From Callorhinchus milii (lineage: Eukaryota): a DNA stretch of 64,000 bases. The translations under genes were made by a program, and so were the position numbers. The stretch spans positions 58,406,001-58,470,000 of the forward strand of contig NW_024704742.1 in the NCBI RefSeq assembly GCF_018977255.1. The letters are read 5' to 3'. Below, in pieces: positions 49,965 through 61,625 of this stretch (positions within the stretch are counted from its first letter, which is position 1; every line of letters starts with the position of its first letter). The notes beneath the pieces were generated by a model. It was not told where the DNA came from. It ran no database searches and was given only the letters and a program-made list of their open reading frames with translations.

Positions 49965-50881
49965 CACAGCATTTGTATTTTAAAGGTTTTATTTTCAAGT
50001 ATAAACTTCTTTGAAACACTTTACATAAATTAACATCTTTGAGACTAGTATCTGGTGAACAGTAAACTGGAATTCATATAAAAACTCCATAAAGAACTGG
50101 TCTCACACATCTTACAAAAAAAAGTTTTCCTTTGCTTTGCTGCATCAGCGATTCTGTACATCGCGTTGTTTCCCAAGGCAAAACATTGTAAAATTGATGA
50201 TGAAATTTTGTGTCATTATCATGGTCGAGCTACTTAGCACAAAGTGTCCTTATATAAAGCAGCACGGTGAAAAGAGCGGACATTGGTCCACAGTAGAATC
50301 TGGGGATTATTTTTCTTGCCACGGGTCCAACTAGTAATATCACTTACTGCGAGGAAAGATTAAGACTACTTTTGGTAAGCAAAGGTCACTCATGTAAATA
50401 CACAGTTTTTGTATCTGGACACTTTGATTCTAATGCTTAATACAGTGTTTCTTAAACAACAGAAAACAGTCAACAGATTTGGCCAAGTACAAAACAATTA
50501 AGCAGTATTTTTTTTAGTTTATTTTACACACATTTCAGTCCAAGCTCTGGTCTGAACCTAGTGGCATCCACTGTAAACGATTTATGTAAAGCAGTCGACA
50601 ACCCTGTATATAAAGGGAAATTTGTAGAGCTTTTTTGTTTGCAGTAACCATCTTTCTTCCCCTTTTATGGGCTCCAAATGAGTAGAAAAAGAATTCCATC
50701 AAGTCCAACAGTTTTAGGAGAGAAATTGTGCTACAGATAGATCTGAGCTTCAGGCTACAGTGACATTTCAGGTTTCAAAGTTTACCCTGTGGTAGCTATT
50801 GGCAGCAAAAGTAAAATTCTGCTCCCCTAGAAAGAGAAGTGTTGAGTTTGTCTCTTTGGCAGGTACCAACTAGCCTGTGTG
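49965..50881 (-). other. TENM3: Probable TENM3 3'UTR ending after AATAAA (plus-strand TTTATT 49988-49993)
   Basis: About 0.9 kb free of recognisable repeats directly after the stop codon, ending in a canonical poly(A) hexamer; repeats resume below ~49820. Confidence 0.65.
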
Positions 50882-51637
50882 TTACCTCTTTCCTATTTCG
50901 TTCTGTCTTAGGAACTGAATATTGCTCACACTGTCTGCCAACTCTGGGTATTGCTCCACAGAGAGTACATAGTACCCATCGTATCCTTGCACTTTTGCAG
51001 CACTGAGGAGCTGGCGTTTCTCTCCTTCTGTCCATAACCTGACACCGTCCTCACCATCCCTCACTCTCTGTTGTTCTCTGGCCCAAGCACATCCCAGAGC
51101 TCGTTGCCTGGCCTGTTCCAGTATTCGGGCTTTCTCTTCATCCAGGGTCATTCCATAGCGGACGTGGATGGACAAGGCGCTGTACTGCATTTCTATATCG
51201 GCAAACCTTCGAGTCCTGCCATTCACCACAGTGGTTGACTGCGAGACAGTAACATTAATGCCATTTTCCAAAGACTTGCGTCCACTGGTCAGCCTCAGCG
51301 TTCCAAGATCGTTTTCAGGTGAAGCAGTTTTGACGAAGTAGTGAGTGTCTTTTCCTTCAATGTTATAATGCAAGTTTTCCAGATAATATGCACCATTTAG
51401 CAGCGCAGCGACTTTGATGCAGTCCTCATTAGCAATATTAAGCACGTTAGTTATCACTTTTCCTTGGGTGATAGCAAGCATCACCCCTTTGCCGATGAGA
51501 GAGTTGACCGTCGCAAACCAAAGCCATGGTTTCTCTTTGCTGGCTTTATGTTTGCCAATTTTAATGTCTGGCATATTTCCCACGCTTATGAAGGCCTTTG
51601 CTTGTCTTGCTACTGTTTGCTGTACACCAGACAGAGG
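50882..51637 (-). CDS. TENM3: Teneurin-3 last coding exon (C-terminal toxin-like/Tox-GHH region and TCAP)
   Basis: 756 bp including [19 protein letters not shown]...[50 protein letters not shown]. The TCAP is closest to TCAP-3 as recalled, and the tail-to-tail arrangement with DCTD matches human TENM3-DCTD synteny. Confidence 0.96.
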   Translation of the reverse strand, partial: PLSGVQQTVARQAKAFISVGNMPDIKIGKHKASKEKPWLWFATVNSLIGKGVMLAITQGKVITNVLNIANEDCIKVAALLNGAYYLENLHYNIEGKDTHYFVKTASPENDLGTLRLTSGRKSLENGINVTVSQSTTVVNGRTRRFADIEMQYSALSIHVRYGMTLDEEKARILEQARQRALGCAWAREQQRVRDGEDGVRLWTEGEKRQLLSAAKVQGYDGYYVLSVEQYPELADSVSNIQFLRQNEIGKR

Positions 51638-53794
51638 CTAAAGATAAGACAGAAACAAAATATATATATGTGAGTGAAGAAAAATTCCCAGTATATTTAT
51701 TGACGCAGAATATTAAACAGGCTTTGTAACTGTGATGCTTGAGAAAACAGGACACTGAGATACACTTCCAAATTTAAGATAGAATTAGTGCAACACCACG
51801 CAGATTGTCATGTATCCAAATCATACTTTGCTAAAGTGTGCAAATTTTTACTCACTACTCCCATTATCTGGTTATTAATGTGATTTAAAATATATATCAC
51901 AGCAGATGTTTTAATACCATTCAGTGATTCAAACCCGTAAGATTGCTGGTAAGTCGAAGAAAATTCCTGTCTGTTTGGGCCGACTGGTTTTGATTGATTA
52001 CAGCTCACTCCCCACAATACTGATACAGTATCGATGGTGGTCAAGTGTCAGGTATCAGATTTACTGCAAAATTGACCAAAAATTGTTTTGGAAAATGGAG
52101 CAACTTTCCAGTAACTGGGCTTTTCTCAGTTGAATATGAATTGCAGAGGCATTTATTTATGATAGGTTAAAAGACCAGACTTGGGACAAATTTATTCATA
52201 TGTGGGCTTTTGCTTTTTAATTTCAACCTCCAGAACACCCACCCTCCCATCCGTTCATCACTTTGTCAAGCTGCTTTTTAAATGAGCTATTGGCGATCTG
52301 CACTCCTCATTGTAAACTTAACTTGCGCCGCTTGAAAGGGTTAACACATTGACAGAAAATGGCCAGGTACATTAGAGTGTATGTCCTACTTTTCCTCAGA
52401 ATGCCAGTCACACAATATCTGATGCATAAGATGGAAACAATTTAGAAAGCTGCACGTTTTAATTGAGAAAGAGCAGCGAGGAGTAAAAAAAAAGCCAGAA
52501 TTCATATCGGGATGCAGAGCACCATTTCTGAAATTGAATGCTTTGTTGTTTATTTTAAACAAAGGGAAATTGAGATGTACTTCTGCATAGCCTTCCTCCT
52601 CTACTATGTAAATCTTTACTGAGGAAAACCTGCCACTCACTCACAAGTTTCACTAGTGCAAGAAAGAATATTTCCAGCACTAGTCAAAACAACAGTCTCT
52701 GATCGCAAACAATCTGAGACTGCAGTTATATACTATATGCGTATGACTGTAGTTACATACCTTAAACAGTGTGTTTATCCTATGGATACATTTTCCACAA
52801 TAGTTTTGATGCTGTTTATTTTGACAGAAAGTAAAGGCCTACAAGAGATTTTCACCATCCTAGGATCACATGGTCAAACCCTGTAAATTTATCGTCCCAC
52901 AGAGATTCATCCTATGATGTTCGCAGTCTGGATTGAATTTAAATAGAGGCCATGGAAAAATACATTTGTGCCACACAAAGAAATAAGCTTTCCCCTAAAC
53001 AGGACGAATATTTAAAGCAAAGTACAACTTGCATTTTATTCAGACTATGAGCATAGAATGAAAGAAACATTATTATAGGTAAAAAAAATTAACTTAATGA
53101 CTTTATTATTGCCAATTTATTATTTTTACATGCAATTACTTTGCAAAGTGACCCAGAATTTGCACCGCTACGTATTGTTCAACCTTTGAGAATTTATGTC
53201 AATGTTTGGGTTTCGGTTCTCTGGGGAGGCCAACCCAACTTGTAAATCGAAAGACACACAACACTTGATATAATTAATTTCATTTATTAGCAGGTTATCT
53301 AACACCTTATTCTCCTTGATAGTAAACCCTCAGTAATGAGTATTGACACTTCAGGGCTAATTCTCCACTTGTCATAAATTTGCTGACTGGTGTGCGAAGA
53401 GATCTTATTCGTCGCTGCTTGATTCTAAACTGCACTTGGCAGTGTCATTGTAAAATGGGAAAATCTCATTGCTAACACTGTCTTAGTTGATAAATTTCAT
53501 AACTCTTTCGTGTTGGTTTGAAATCAGGTTGGGGGCAAAATCTAGTTTGGGTTTTCCTAACGAGTTGAGTTTTAAGCACTCCAAGGCACTGCCCTGCATG
53601 AAGAGCACTCTATAAGTGCAAGTTGTGTTGTTCAGAAAACAACCCGAAGTTTACAATTTACATTAAAGAACTAAGATGCTATGTTGCTTATGTATGCAGC
53701 TTTCAGCTGTTTGCACTGCAGTGGTACTCTCAATGCACACTCCAAGCCAAGCCTTGGCTCTACCCAGTCTGCACCTGACACTCTTCAGAACTGG

Positions 53795-53930
53795 GTAAGC
53801 AGGAACACAGGAACAGGAGTAGGCCATTCAGCCCCTCAAACCAGTTCCACCATTCTGGTAGATCATGGCTGATCTGCACCTCAACTCCAAATACCTGCCC
53901 TTGCCCCCTATCCCTTGATACCGTGACCTA
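53795..53930 (-). mobile_element. CR1 3' tail in a TENM3 intron
   Basis: GGAACAGGAGTAGGCCATTCAGCCCCTC...GATCATGGCTGATCT is the reverse complement of a CR1-type 3' end. Confidence 0.65.
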
Positions 53931-54137
53931 ACATAAAATATGTACGTCCCTCCAGAGAGTAAGCCCATTGCATTACAGAACCAGGGAAATTTCCGTGCGT
54001 AGGTGGAATGCGTATGTAGAACTCTGGGTTTGGATACTCCGAAGCATGGCGATGGGCTTCCACATGTGTCGGGACATGCGGGTGACTGAAAAAAGAAATA
54101 GAATAGAAGGGCTGATTATTTTCTTATGAGGTCTTAC

Positions 54138-54268
54138 CGTCACGTCGTCCCACTCCTGACTCTTTACAAGCTCATATGAAGGTTCTGACACGCCCTGCCT
54201 AGGGATGGGGAAACCAGGAATAACGTTGTGAAGCTGGAAGCCAAACGTCAGGAGCCAGGTGTTAACAT
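54138..54268 (-). CDS. TENM3: Teneurin-3 penultimate coding exon
   Basis: 131 bp; (D)[45 protein letters not shown] and GTAAG boundaries; frame consistent. Confidence 0.96.
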
Positions 54269-54765
54269 CTGTAGAAAGAAGGCAATCGGGTGACTTGGAG
54301 AATACACTGCTGAAAATGTGATGCGTGCCACAATGTTACGTTCTTTCTGTGAAATACATGTGATTCACTAAATCCTAATGTTCAGTTCATTTGATGGGTG
54401 ACTGAGCATTTTCCTGTTCAAAATGTATGACTTGGAAATAAATCCTTTCTCACTGAAGGACAGCAGCTCCTCTTATCTTTTAAAAATAACATTTTGTTTG
54501 TCCCTCATTACTCGGCTGCACTGCCCAATATCAAGGCAAAACTTGCTTGAGAGAGCAAGGACGTTCATCCCAAACTTTTTCCATTTGTTCTTTGATACTG
54601 GTCTGCTAAAGCAGCCTGGGAATTATCTGCATTTGATTCTCCTCTGACTGGAGTTGAGAATCACAAATCCTTCCGCACCACAGCGACATGCCACACACAG
54701 TTTAATGTAACAAAGCTACCAGTAAAGGTCATGGAATCAAATTCAGAGCGAAAACAAATCACGAC

Positions 54766-54804
54766 TTGCTCTCAACATGAATTGCTCTCAACATGAATTG
54801 CTCT
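54766..54804. repeat. 16-bp tandem duplication (TTGCTCTCAACATGAA x2.4)
   Basis: Exact repeat visible in the sequence. Confidence 0.9.
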
Positions 54805-54883
54805 TATGACGCCCTTCTGCAGCGTCAAATGCCTCTCTCAAATCTAGTACCTTGAGCATTTTAATTGTCATTTCAAAATTGCA

Positions 54884-55175
54884 AATAATAATATTCCTTG
54901 CATTTGATATAGCACTTTTAACGTCTTCTAGATGCTTCACAGAATATGCTGTAAAGTGAATTGACTGTATATTTGTGGGCGAAACGCAGCAGCCAATTGC
55001 GCACAGCAGTGTCTCACAAACAGTCGTGGATTGAAAATAACCAATTTTTTTTTGGAGGGATTATTATTAGGCATGTGGAGTAAGGAAACTTTCTCAAGGT
55101 TTCGCCCTGCCTGGAATTGAACCCAAGTGTCACGTTGCAAGGCGAGTGGTCTAATCACTGAGCTGCAGGATTCCA
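54884..55175 (-). mobile_element. tRNA-Ala SINE, short subfamily (TENM3 intron)
   Basis: Reverse complement of a full-length element. Confidence 0.88.
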
Positions 55176-56714
55176 AATCCTTGCAGGTTTACAAATGGTA
55201 GGTAAGCGCTCAGTAAACAAAAGATGTAATAGTGCTGACAAATCTTCAAATATGTTGGCTCCCCCAATTTTAACTTTGTATTCAGTTTTCAGCTAATTTA
55301 AATTGTCATCGGGAGGCAAAGGTTGGTATATTATTATTTTTTTTGTAACATTGAGGGTGTTTAATGTGTTCAAAGCACTGCAAAATAGTAATTTATACAC
55401 GTATATTTTTGGAAGTTTTTGTTCCAACGCATCACCTTCCTCCCAATGTGGTCCATCCCTCTGAGCATCCTTTGTTGTTGCTATCTATCTCTATTGTTAT
55501 CCATTTCTTTCAAGTGAATCTGGGTATTGGGACATAATTGCAGACTATAGGTTTCCTATGCAACCACTTATCCAGGGAGGGTCAACAATGTTATTGGAGT
55601 GTCTCTATACTGAAGCTAGCAATCCTGCCACAGTATCCAGAGATTTTTAGTACAGAGAAACTGAAACATCTCAAGAGGGAGTAAGACCAACTCGACTCAC
55701 ATGGAAATTATATCTCCTACAAAATACACAATCACTGCACTTTAAAGTGAATAATGGATAGAACATTATATTAACAAAAGTTGTTTTTAAAAAAATCTGT
55801 CGGGGACTTAAGCCCACACCCTCTTGACTCAAGAGGAAGCTTTAAAGGCTGAACAGATTATATAGAAATAATAAAAACTTGATAAGTTTAAAGATTTATT
55901 CCATTTCAGGTTCGGTTGCTAAAAGCTGTAAAGGCTCAACAGATACATTTGATGATACACATTAAATAGGATAACCATTAAAATAAAATGACTGATTTAT
56001 TTCTTCTGGCAGCTCTGGTAAAAGAATTTCTTTGCAAAATACACAAGGGTATTGTTGTAATGTAATAAAGCAACCTGCTTTTATTGCTTAGTGAAACATT
56101 CCTTTCCTGACAGTTTATGCGACCATAAACCTTGTCTAATGCCACACTCTAATGTGAGGGTGTTTTTACAAAGCTCTTCACCTCCCTTTTGACTCAGAGG
56201 TTAAAGGCAGCATGAAGTGGTGAGGCAGCCAGAAATGGGCTGCCACAATTGGCCACTGGGTCAAAGAGAGGGGTGGGAGGAGGTGATGTGATTAAAATCA
56301 GTCAATGTGCTTGCTCCCATTTGCTACCAGTGACTGGAAACTGCATTTTGTGGAGGTCATGTGAAGAAATAACCTGAATCAGCTGTGACACCAAAACATT
56401 TGAACAATCTGCTAAGATTCGGTGTCCAGTCTCACACATGCTAAACAGGGTTAGATACACATGGCAATGGACCAGCACTTGTGGAACTGTAGTCGAGCAC
56501 CACCAGTCTCTGACTTTCGTAAGAAAAAAGGTGGAGAAAACTGGAGTAAAGGAATGAACAACCTCTTGCCATCATGCAATTCAAAGCTTTACAGCACGAG
56601 TGGTCATGAGAAGATTTATCTTGTTTCTTCCAATAGTTGTTCTTTACTTCTTTTATAGAGCATTTACAAAATCTTTCTAGAACCCTGTTGTACAAACTAA
56701 TAATAAATAATAAA

Positions 56715-57000
56715 ACAAACTGCACATTTGATATGTCAGGTCAGGAGAACACCTCAAAGAGCTTCATAGGACTTACTGTGAAGGGTAATGGCTGCATATT
56801 TGGTAAGTGAACTCAGCAGCCAATTTGCGCACAGCAGTGCCCCACAAATAGCCATGAAGTGAATGACCTATTTTATCTGGGAGATTGGTGGGCAACTCAC
56901 AGGGAGAAATTCTCTTCTCTTTTCAAACTGTGATAAGGGATATTTAATGTGACCCTGAACAGACAGACGGGATCTCAGTTTAATGTTTCATCCGAAGGAC
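56715..57000 (-). mobile_element. Deu-domain SINE, 5'-truncated (TENM3 intron)
   Basis: Reverse complement of the body (CAGTTTAATGTTTCATCCGAAGGAC) and tail. Confidence 0.72.
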
Positions 57001-57066
57001 CAATGTCCAATCAATGAAGGCCAAGCATCAAGGCTGAGATTTTGAGTATTTTTTAGACGAGGAATA

Positions 57067-57338
57067 CAGTAAACTCCTGGTAATTCAACCCTGTCTTAAC
57101 TTGTCACAACCACCATCATGCTGTAAATATTCTGACTGCATTTATTTATGTATTTATATGAATGCATAACTCGTTATACCAGGTAACATGTAATATTTCA
57201 TTTTCAATGCAGTGGTTCATCTTATGAATATTAATAGGAACTGAGAGTCTAATCTGACAATAATGACCTTTAATCCACTTCCAAATGTAAAGTCTAATAG
57301 TTTTAGTGACACAGGAATCAAATTTACCAGAACTACTT
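57067..57338. mobile_element. Second copy of the Tigger-like MITE
   Basis: TA + CAGTAAACTCCTGGTAATTC left end; interior ACCCTGTCTTAACTTGTCAC...CATCATGCTGTAAATAT shared with 13649; degenerate right TIR. Confidence 0.55.
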
Positions 57339-57774
57339 TAGGAAATTGAAAACATCACAGAATTGTGATCTGGGTTCCCTAAAACAATTTCAGAAATATG
57401 TTGATCCAAAGAGAAATCTGCTCTACCTTTCACTAAGACAGTAAGTGTGTGTGCGTGTCTATGTTTAACCAGAGTAACAAGCTTTCTAGAGAGACCCTTA
57501 GAGAGGGATAAACAGCTGCTTAGGCGAACCACCAATGCTTTGGTGGTAACAAAAAAGACTTATCGCGTGGGCCAATAGAAACGTGCGGCCGCACTTTTTC
57601 CAAGGAACCTGCCACAAACTCCCCAACACCCGGCTACAAACCCACTATAATCATAGTTTCTGGCCCACGGGCCTCCCGACTGTTTATCTGATGTCAGTGT
57701 GGGCAGGGTGGCTCCAGACATGCGTGTGCGGTGATGTGCAAGCGGCAAATGGGCTTCACTCGGAGGCCCCGCTG

Positions 57775-58170
57775 TTGTGATTGTCTGTGTGTCTCTCTGT
57801 GTGAGTCTGTATGATTATCTGTGTGTATGTCTCGCTATATGCATTTGTGAGTGTGTGTCTGTGTGTGCGTCTCTCTCTCTCTCTTTGTGAATGTCTGTGT
57901 GAGTATGTCTGTGTCACCCTCTCCTCCATGTGTTTGTGGCTGTGCCTGTGTGTGTCTCTCTGTGTTTGTGAGTGTTTCTATGTGTGTGTGCGTCTCTCTC
58001 TGAGAATGTGTGTCTCTGTGTCTGTCTCTGTGTTTCTGAGTATGTGTATCTTTCTGTGTCTGGGTGTGTGTCTCTCTGTGTCTGTGAGTGTGTGGGTCTC
58101 TCTTGGTGTCTTTGAGTGTGTATGTGTGTGTCTCTCTGTGTATGTGTCTCTCTCTCTGGGTCTGTGTGCG
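57775..58170. repeat. Degenerate (TG)n/(TC)n compound microsatellite
   Basis: About 400 bp of mixed TG/TC dinucleotides. Confidence 0.95.
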
Positions 58171-58603
58171 GTCCTGAGCCCTAGAGCTCCTGTCGCCTCG
58201 CTGGTGTTTTTGTTAAAGAAGCAATTAAGTTTTTTGCAACAATCTAAAATGTGTTATTTCCTCATGTTTAGTTTTTATCAAAAAAGGTAGGTTGGCAGTA
58301 AAAGGTATCTCAATAGCGCCAATCAACCCCCCACCATTTTCTGCAAAATGTGTCAAAATTTTGCACGCAATTTTTGGCAAACAGTTCCACACTTTTCTAT
58401 TGGCCCAATTTATCCCATCAATTAGTAGATCCCAGCAGGACCCCAATGAAGACATCTATCATCTCCCGCCATTTGTAATTAACACGCTTCTGTCCACAAG
58501 AAAGAAGTAACTTTTATCATATCACACCACTGGTACTTTGCACACAGGTATTTAATTGTGTTTGTTTCAATGATTATTATTTGGCTCGGCTGTTCTTTCT
58601 TAC

Positions 58604-60215
58604 CTGTGACATAATCCATCACGTTCTGAACTTTGCTGACGGGGTTGTTTTTTCTGAACATGTACAGATTAAATGGTGCAGGATCTCGCCCGATGTTTTT
58701 CCAAATGCTAATGTCAGGCGTCGTCCAGCGTCCTGTCAGAATATCGTAGTCTCTCTCGCCAAAGTGTATCAGTTTAGTCAAAGAGTCATAGAGGCCACCA
58801 TGGAATCCTATTACCAGGTGGAAGTCAGGGTTGGAGTCTAAGTAGATTTCTCCGTAGGCAGTATATTGAATTTGCTTAATCATCAGCCCATTGCTGCTGA
58901 ATACTGCTAATGGTGTCCCAGTGTTATCAGTAGCAATGTAGAACTCTTCCCCACTGCTGATTTCCATGGCAAACAGGTGCCCCTGAAGGTCATAGTAGAG
59001 GGATGTTATCTCAGAGCTGGAATGGTTGTAGACATGAGTTATTCGGTTCGGGTAGTTCAAGTCAGCATAGAAAAACTGAAGGTGTTGGCCAGTGCTGATT
59101 TTGCTGGAGACTCGTCGCCCGAGGCCGTCGTAGCGATACTGTATGTTCCAGCCACCAGCCTTGCTGTAAACTCTAGTCAAAAGGCCCTTGGAATTGTATT
59201 CAAAAAGATCGCCCCCTCTTTGATGCAGGAATCCGTCTTCATCAAGTCTGTACTGGACGTCACCTAAGCGAGTGATGCGGTCTCTCAGGTCGTATCGCAG
59301 TGGGGTCAGACGTGCACTGCTGCCTGGGTTCAGCAAATGTAAGTTGCCATTCAGGTCATAGTTGTAGCGCCACATTATTTTATCATTCAAGTAGACTGTC
59401 TGAAGCTGTCCATCAACATCATATTCGTAACCGTATTTGGTGGTGTTAGCAAAGGGCCCAATCTTCATCTCCCGCCGTGTCACACGACCCATGTTGTCAT
59501 ACTGAATGGTTATCCAGTACATGAGTGACCTGAATATTTCATACTGAATCTCCTTGATTCGTCCGTGAGTGTCAAAGTGCTTGGTGTACGTCATTACTGC
59601 GGTGGAAATGATCTGGTTGATATCGTAGTAGATGACCCCGAACTTCCCAAACTGCTCAAACTTGCCCGAGATGTCATCGAACTGGTACAGGTCAATCGGC
59701 AATGGGGTCTCGTTGATCACGGCTTGCATGCTAGTCACTCTGAAGTTGTTGTCATAGCTGTAATCAAAGCGGGCGTTCACCATCCCGTCTTCGCTGAAAC
59801 GGAAGATCTGCCTGTCAATCAGGGGGCCGATTTGCCGGTATCGGATGGTGCAGATGAAGCCCTCGCTCTGGAGGTTAACGGTTTTCAGGACCCCGGCGGT
59901 CTCATCGTAGGTAAAGCTGACACGAGTGCTGTCGTACAGCAACTCGGAAAGTTTGGACATCCGCTTATACTTGTACAGGATGCGACGGCCTGTACCCAGG
60001 TATGCTGTGTGGAGGAGCAGCCCTTCCTCATTGTAGTCCACAATCACAGAGGCATTGCTTTCAGGAGGGTTGTAAATATTGCGATAGTAACCAATGGAGC
60101 GAATAGTCTGCATGGTATGACGGGCAACGCTGGGCATGGTGACAGCAGACAAACGATCTAATAAATCATACTCAAAAATGTACTGGCGTTGGCTGTGAAG
60201 AAGCAGCACCATGGA
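58604..60215 (-). CDS. TENM3: Teneurin-3 large coding exon (YD/RHS repeats and RHS-associated core)
   Basis: 1612 bp; [17 protein letters not shown]...[32 protein letters not shown]...[15 protein letters not shown](D); phase 0 acceptor and phase 1 GTAAG donor match the flanking exons. Confidence 0.98.
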
Positions 60216-60508
60216 CTGTAAAGAAGACGAGAAGATAATTGCACGCTTAGGAAATAAAATGCTAATTTTATGATAAAATAAATTAAAATTTCATCCTGAA
60301 TGATGATGTCTTTGTTTAATTAAGTTATCCTTGACCTACAAATCCTTAGCAATGCTCGGCATAATTTATTTGGACACATATATCTGAAGATTATTAGTTT
60401 CAACCTCATAAAACACAACTCCATTTAAGCAAGCGAGGCTCAGTTTATGTGTCAAATACGTTCGGAGATCAACACTGAGTTGAGGTGCTTTGTACGCCAA
60501 AATCCAGT

Positions 60509-60839
60509 TAATAATAATAATAATAATAATAATCCTTGCATTTGATATAGCGCTTTTCACGTCGGGAGGACGTCCCAAAGCGCTTCACAGAACACACTGT
60601 AAAGTGAATTGACTGTATATTTGTGGGCGAACGCGGCAGCCAATTGCGCACAGCAATGTCCCACAAACAGTCGTAGATTGAAAATGACCAATTTTATTAT
60701 TGTTTTTTTTTGGTTTTGGAGGGATTATTATTAGGCGTGTGGAGTAAGGAAACTTGCCCAAGGTTTCGCCCTGCCTGGAATTGAACTCAGGTCTCTAGCT
60801 TGCAAAGCGAGTGCTCAACCACTGAGCTACAGGACTCCA
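60509..60839 (-). mobile_element. Young tRNA-Ala SINE (TENM3 intron)
   Basis: Near-identical reverse complement of the 8696 copy; TCCAGTTAAT is repeated across both junctions. Confidence 0.92.
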
Positions 60840-60904
60840 GTTAATTCCAAACTCCGCGTCCGCTTACACATCCACACTAACTCTGTACCCCCACCACATC
60901 AGTT

Positions 60905-61316
60905 CCAGCTAGGCTCTGCTGGCTCCCTATCACCGAACGGATCAATTTCAAGAACCTCACACTTGTCTTCAAATCCGTTCATGCCCTGGCACCTCCCTAC
61001 CTGCTTACTCCGCAACCCACTACCTGTTGCCTCCGTTCAACTGACTCTGGCCTCCTGCATGTCCTTCGTGCCCCCCATTCTACTATCGGTGGCCGCACTT
61101 TCAGCCACTACGCACCAAAACTCTGGAAGACTCTTCCTCTATCCCTGCGCCTTGCCCCCTTCTTCCTCATCCTCTGGTCGTGCCTGAAGACCTTCCTCTT
61201 CAACCGTGGCTACGATCACCTCCCCCCTCCCCAGCGTTGTGCTCCGCCACTGACAAGCACTTTGGGACTCTACCCCGCGTGAGGGGCGTTCTATAAATGC
61301 AAGTTGTTGTTGTTGT
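60905..61316 (+). mobile_element. L2 3' fragment in a TENM3 intron
   Basis: WLPI.ERINFKNL.LVFK remnants; tail ...GGGGCGTTCTATAAATGCAAG(TTG)n. Confidence 0.82.
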
Positions 61317-61328
61317 CTCATTCCTCAC

Positions 61329-61625
61329 CTTGTCCAGGTACGTGTAGCTCCACGTTTTACCGTCAGCCAGCACACGGGACACAATTCTCCCTTGCGAGTC
61401 GTACTCAATTTTCTCACCAAGTGGGCCCCGCTGAATGCCCGAGATCTGTCCAGTGGAGGAATAAGTGATGTTGACGGCAGTGAGGCGACTGCTCGGCAGC
61501 CAGAGAGTAGGATGGCCTGATTGATCGTAGAGAATCCGCAACTGAAATTTACGGTGATCATCATAGATCTTCTCTGTCCGGGTCGTTCGATCAAAGTCAA
61601 TAGAAAGGAGGTTCCTGCCATTCAC
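61329..61625 (-). CDS. TENM3: Teneurin-3 coding exon (YD repeats)
   Basis: 297 bp, phase 0-0; [27 protein letters not shown]...[12 protein letters not shown], followed by a GTGAG donor. Confidence 0.97.

Noticed and set aside
57811..58290. 159-aa Cys/Val/Leu/Ser-rich ORF
   Set aside because: Translation of a TG/TC microsatellite.
58479..58603. C-terminal extension of the 577-aa ORF (GKKEQPSQ...)
   Set aside because: Intron read-through past the GTAAG donor at 58603; the splice to 54268 restores the teneurin sequence.
59565..60161. 198-aa plus-strand ORF (also 58581, 58977, 51414, 63523)
   Set aside because: Antisense shadow ORFs of TENM3 coding exons.
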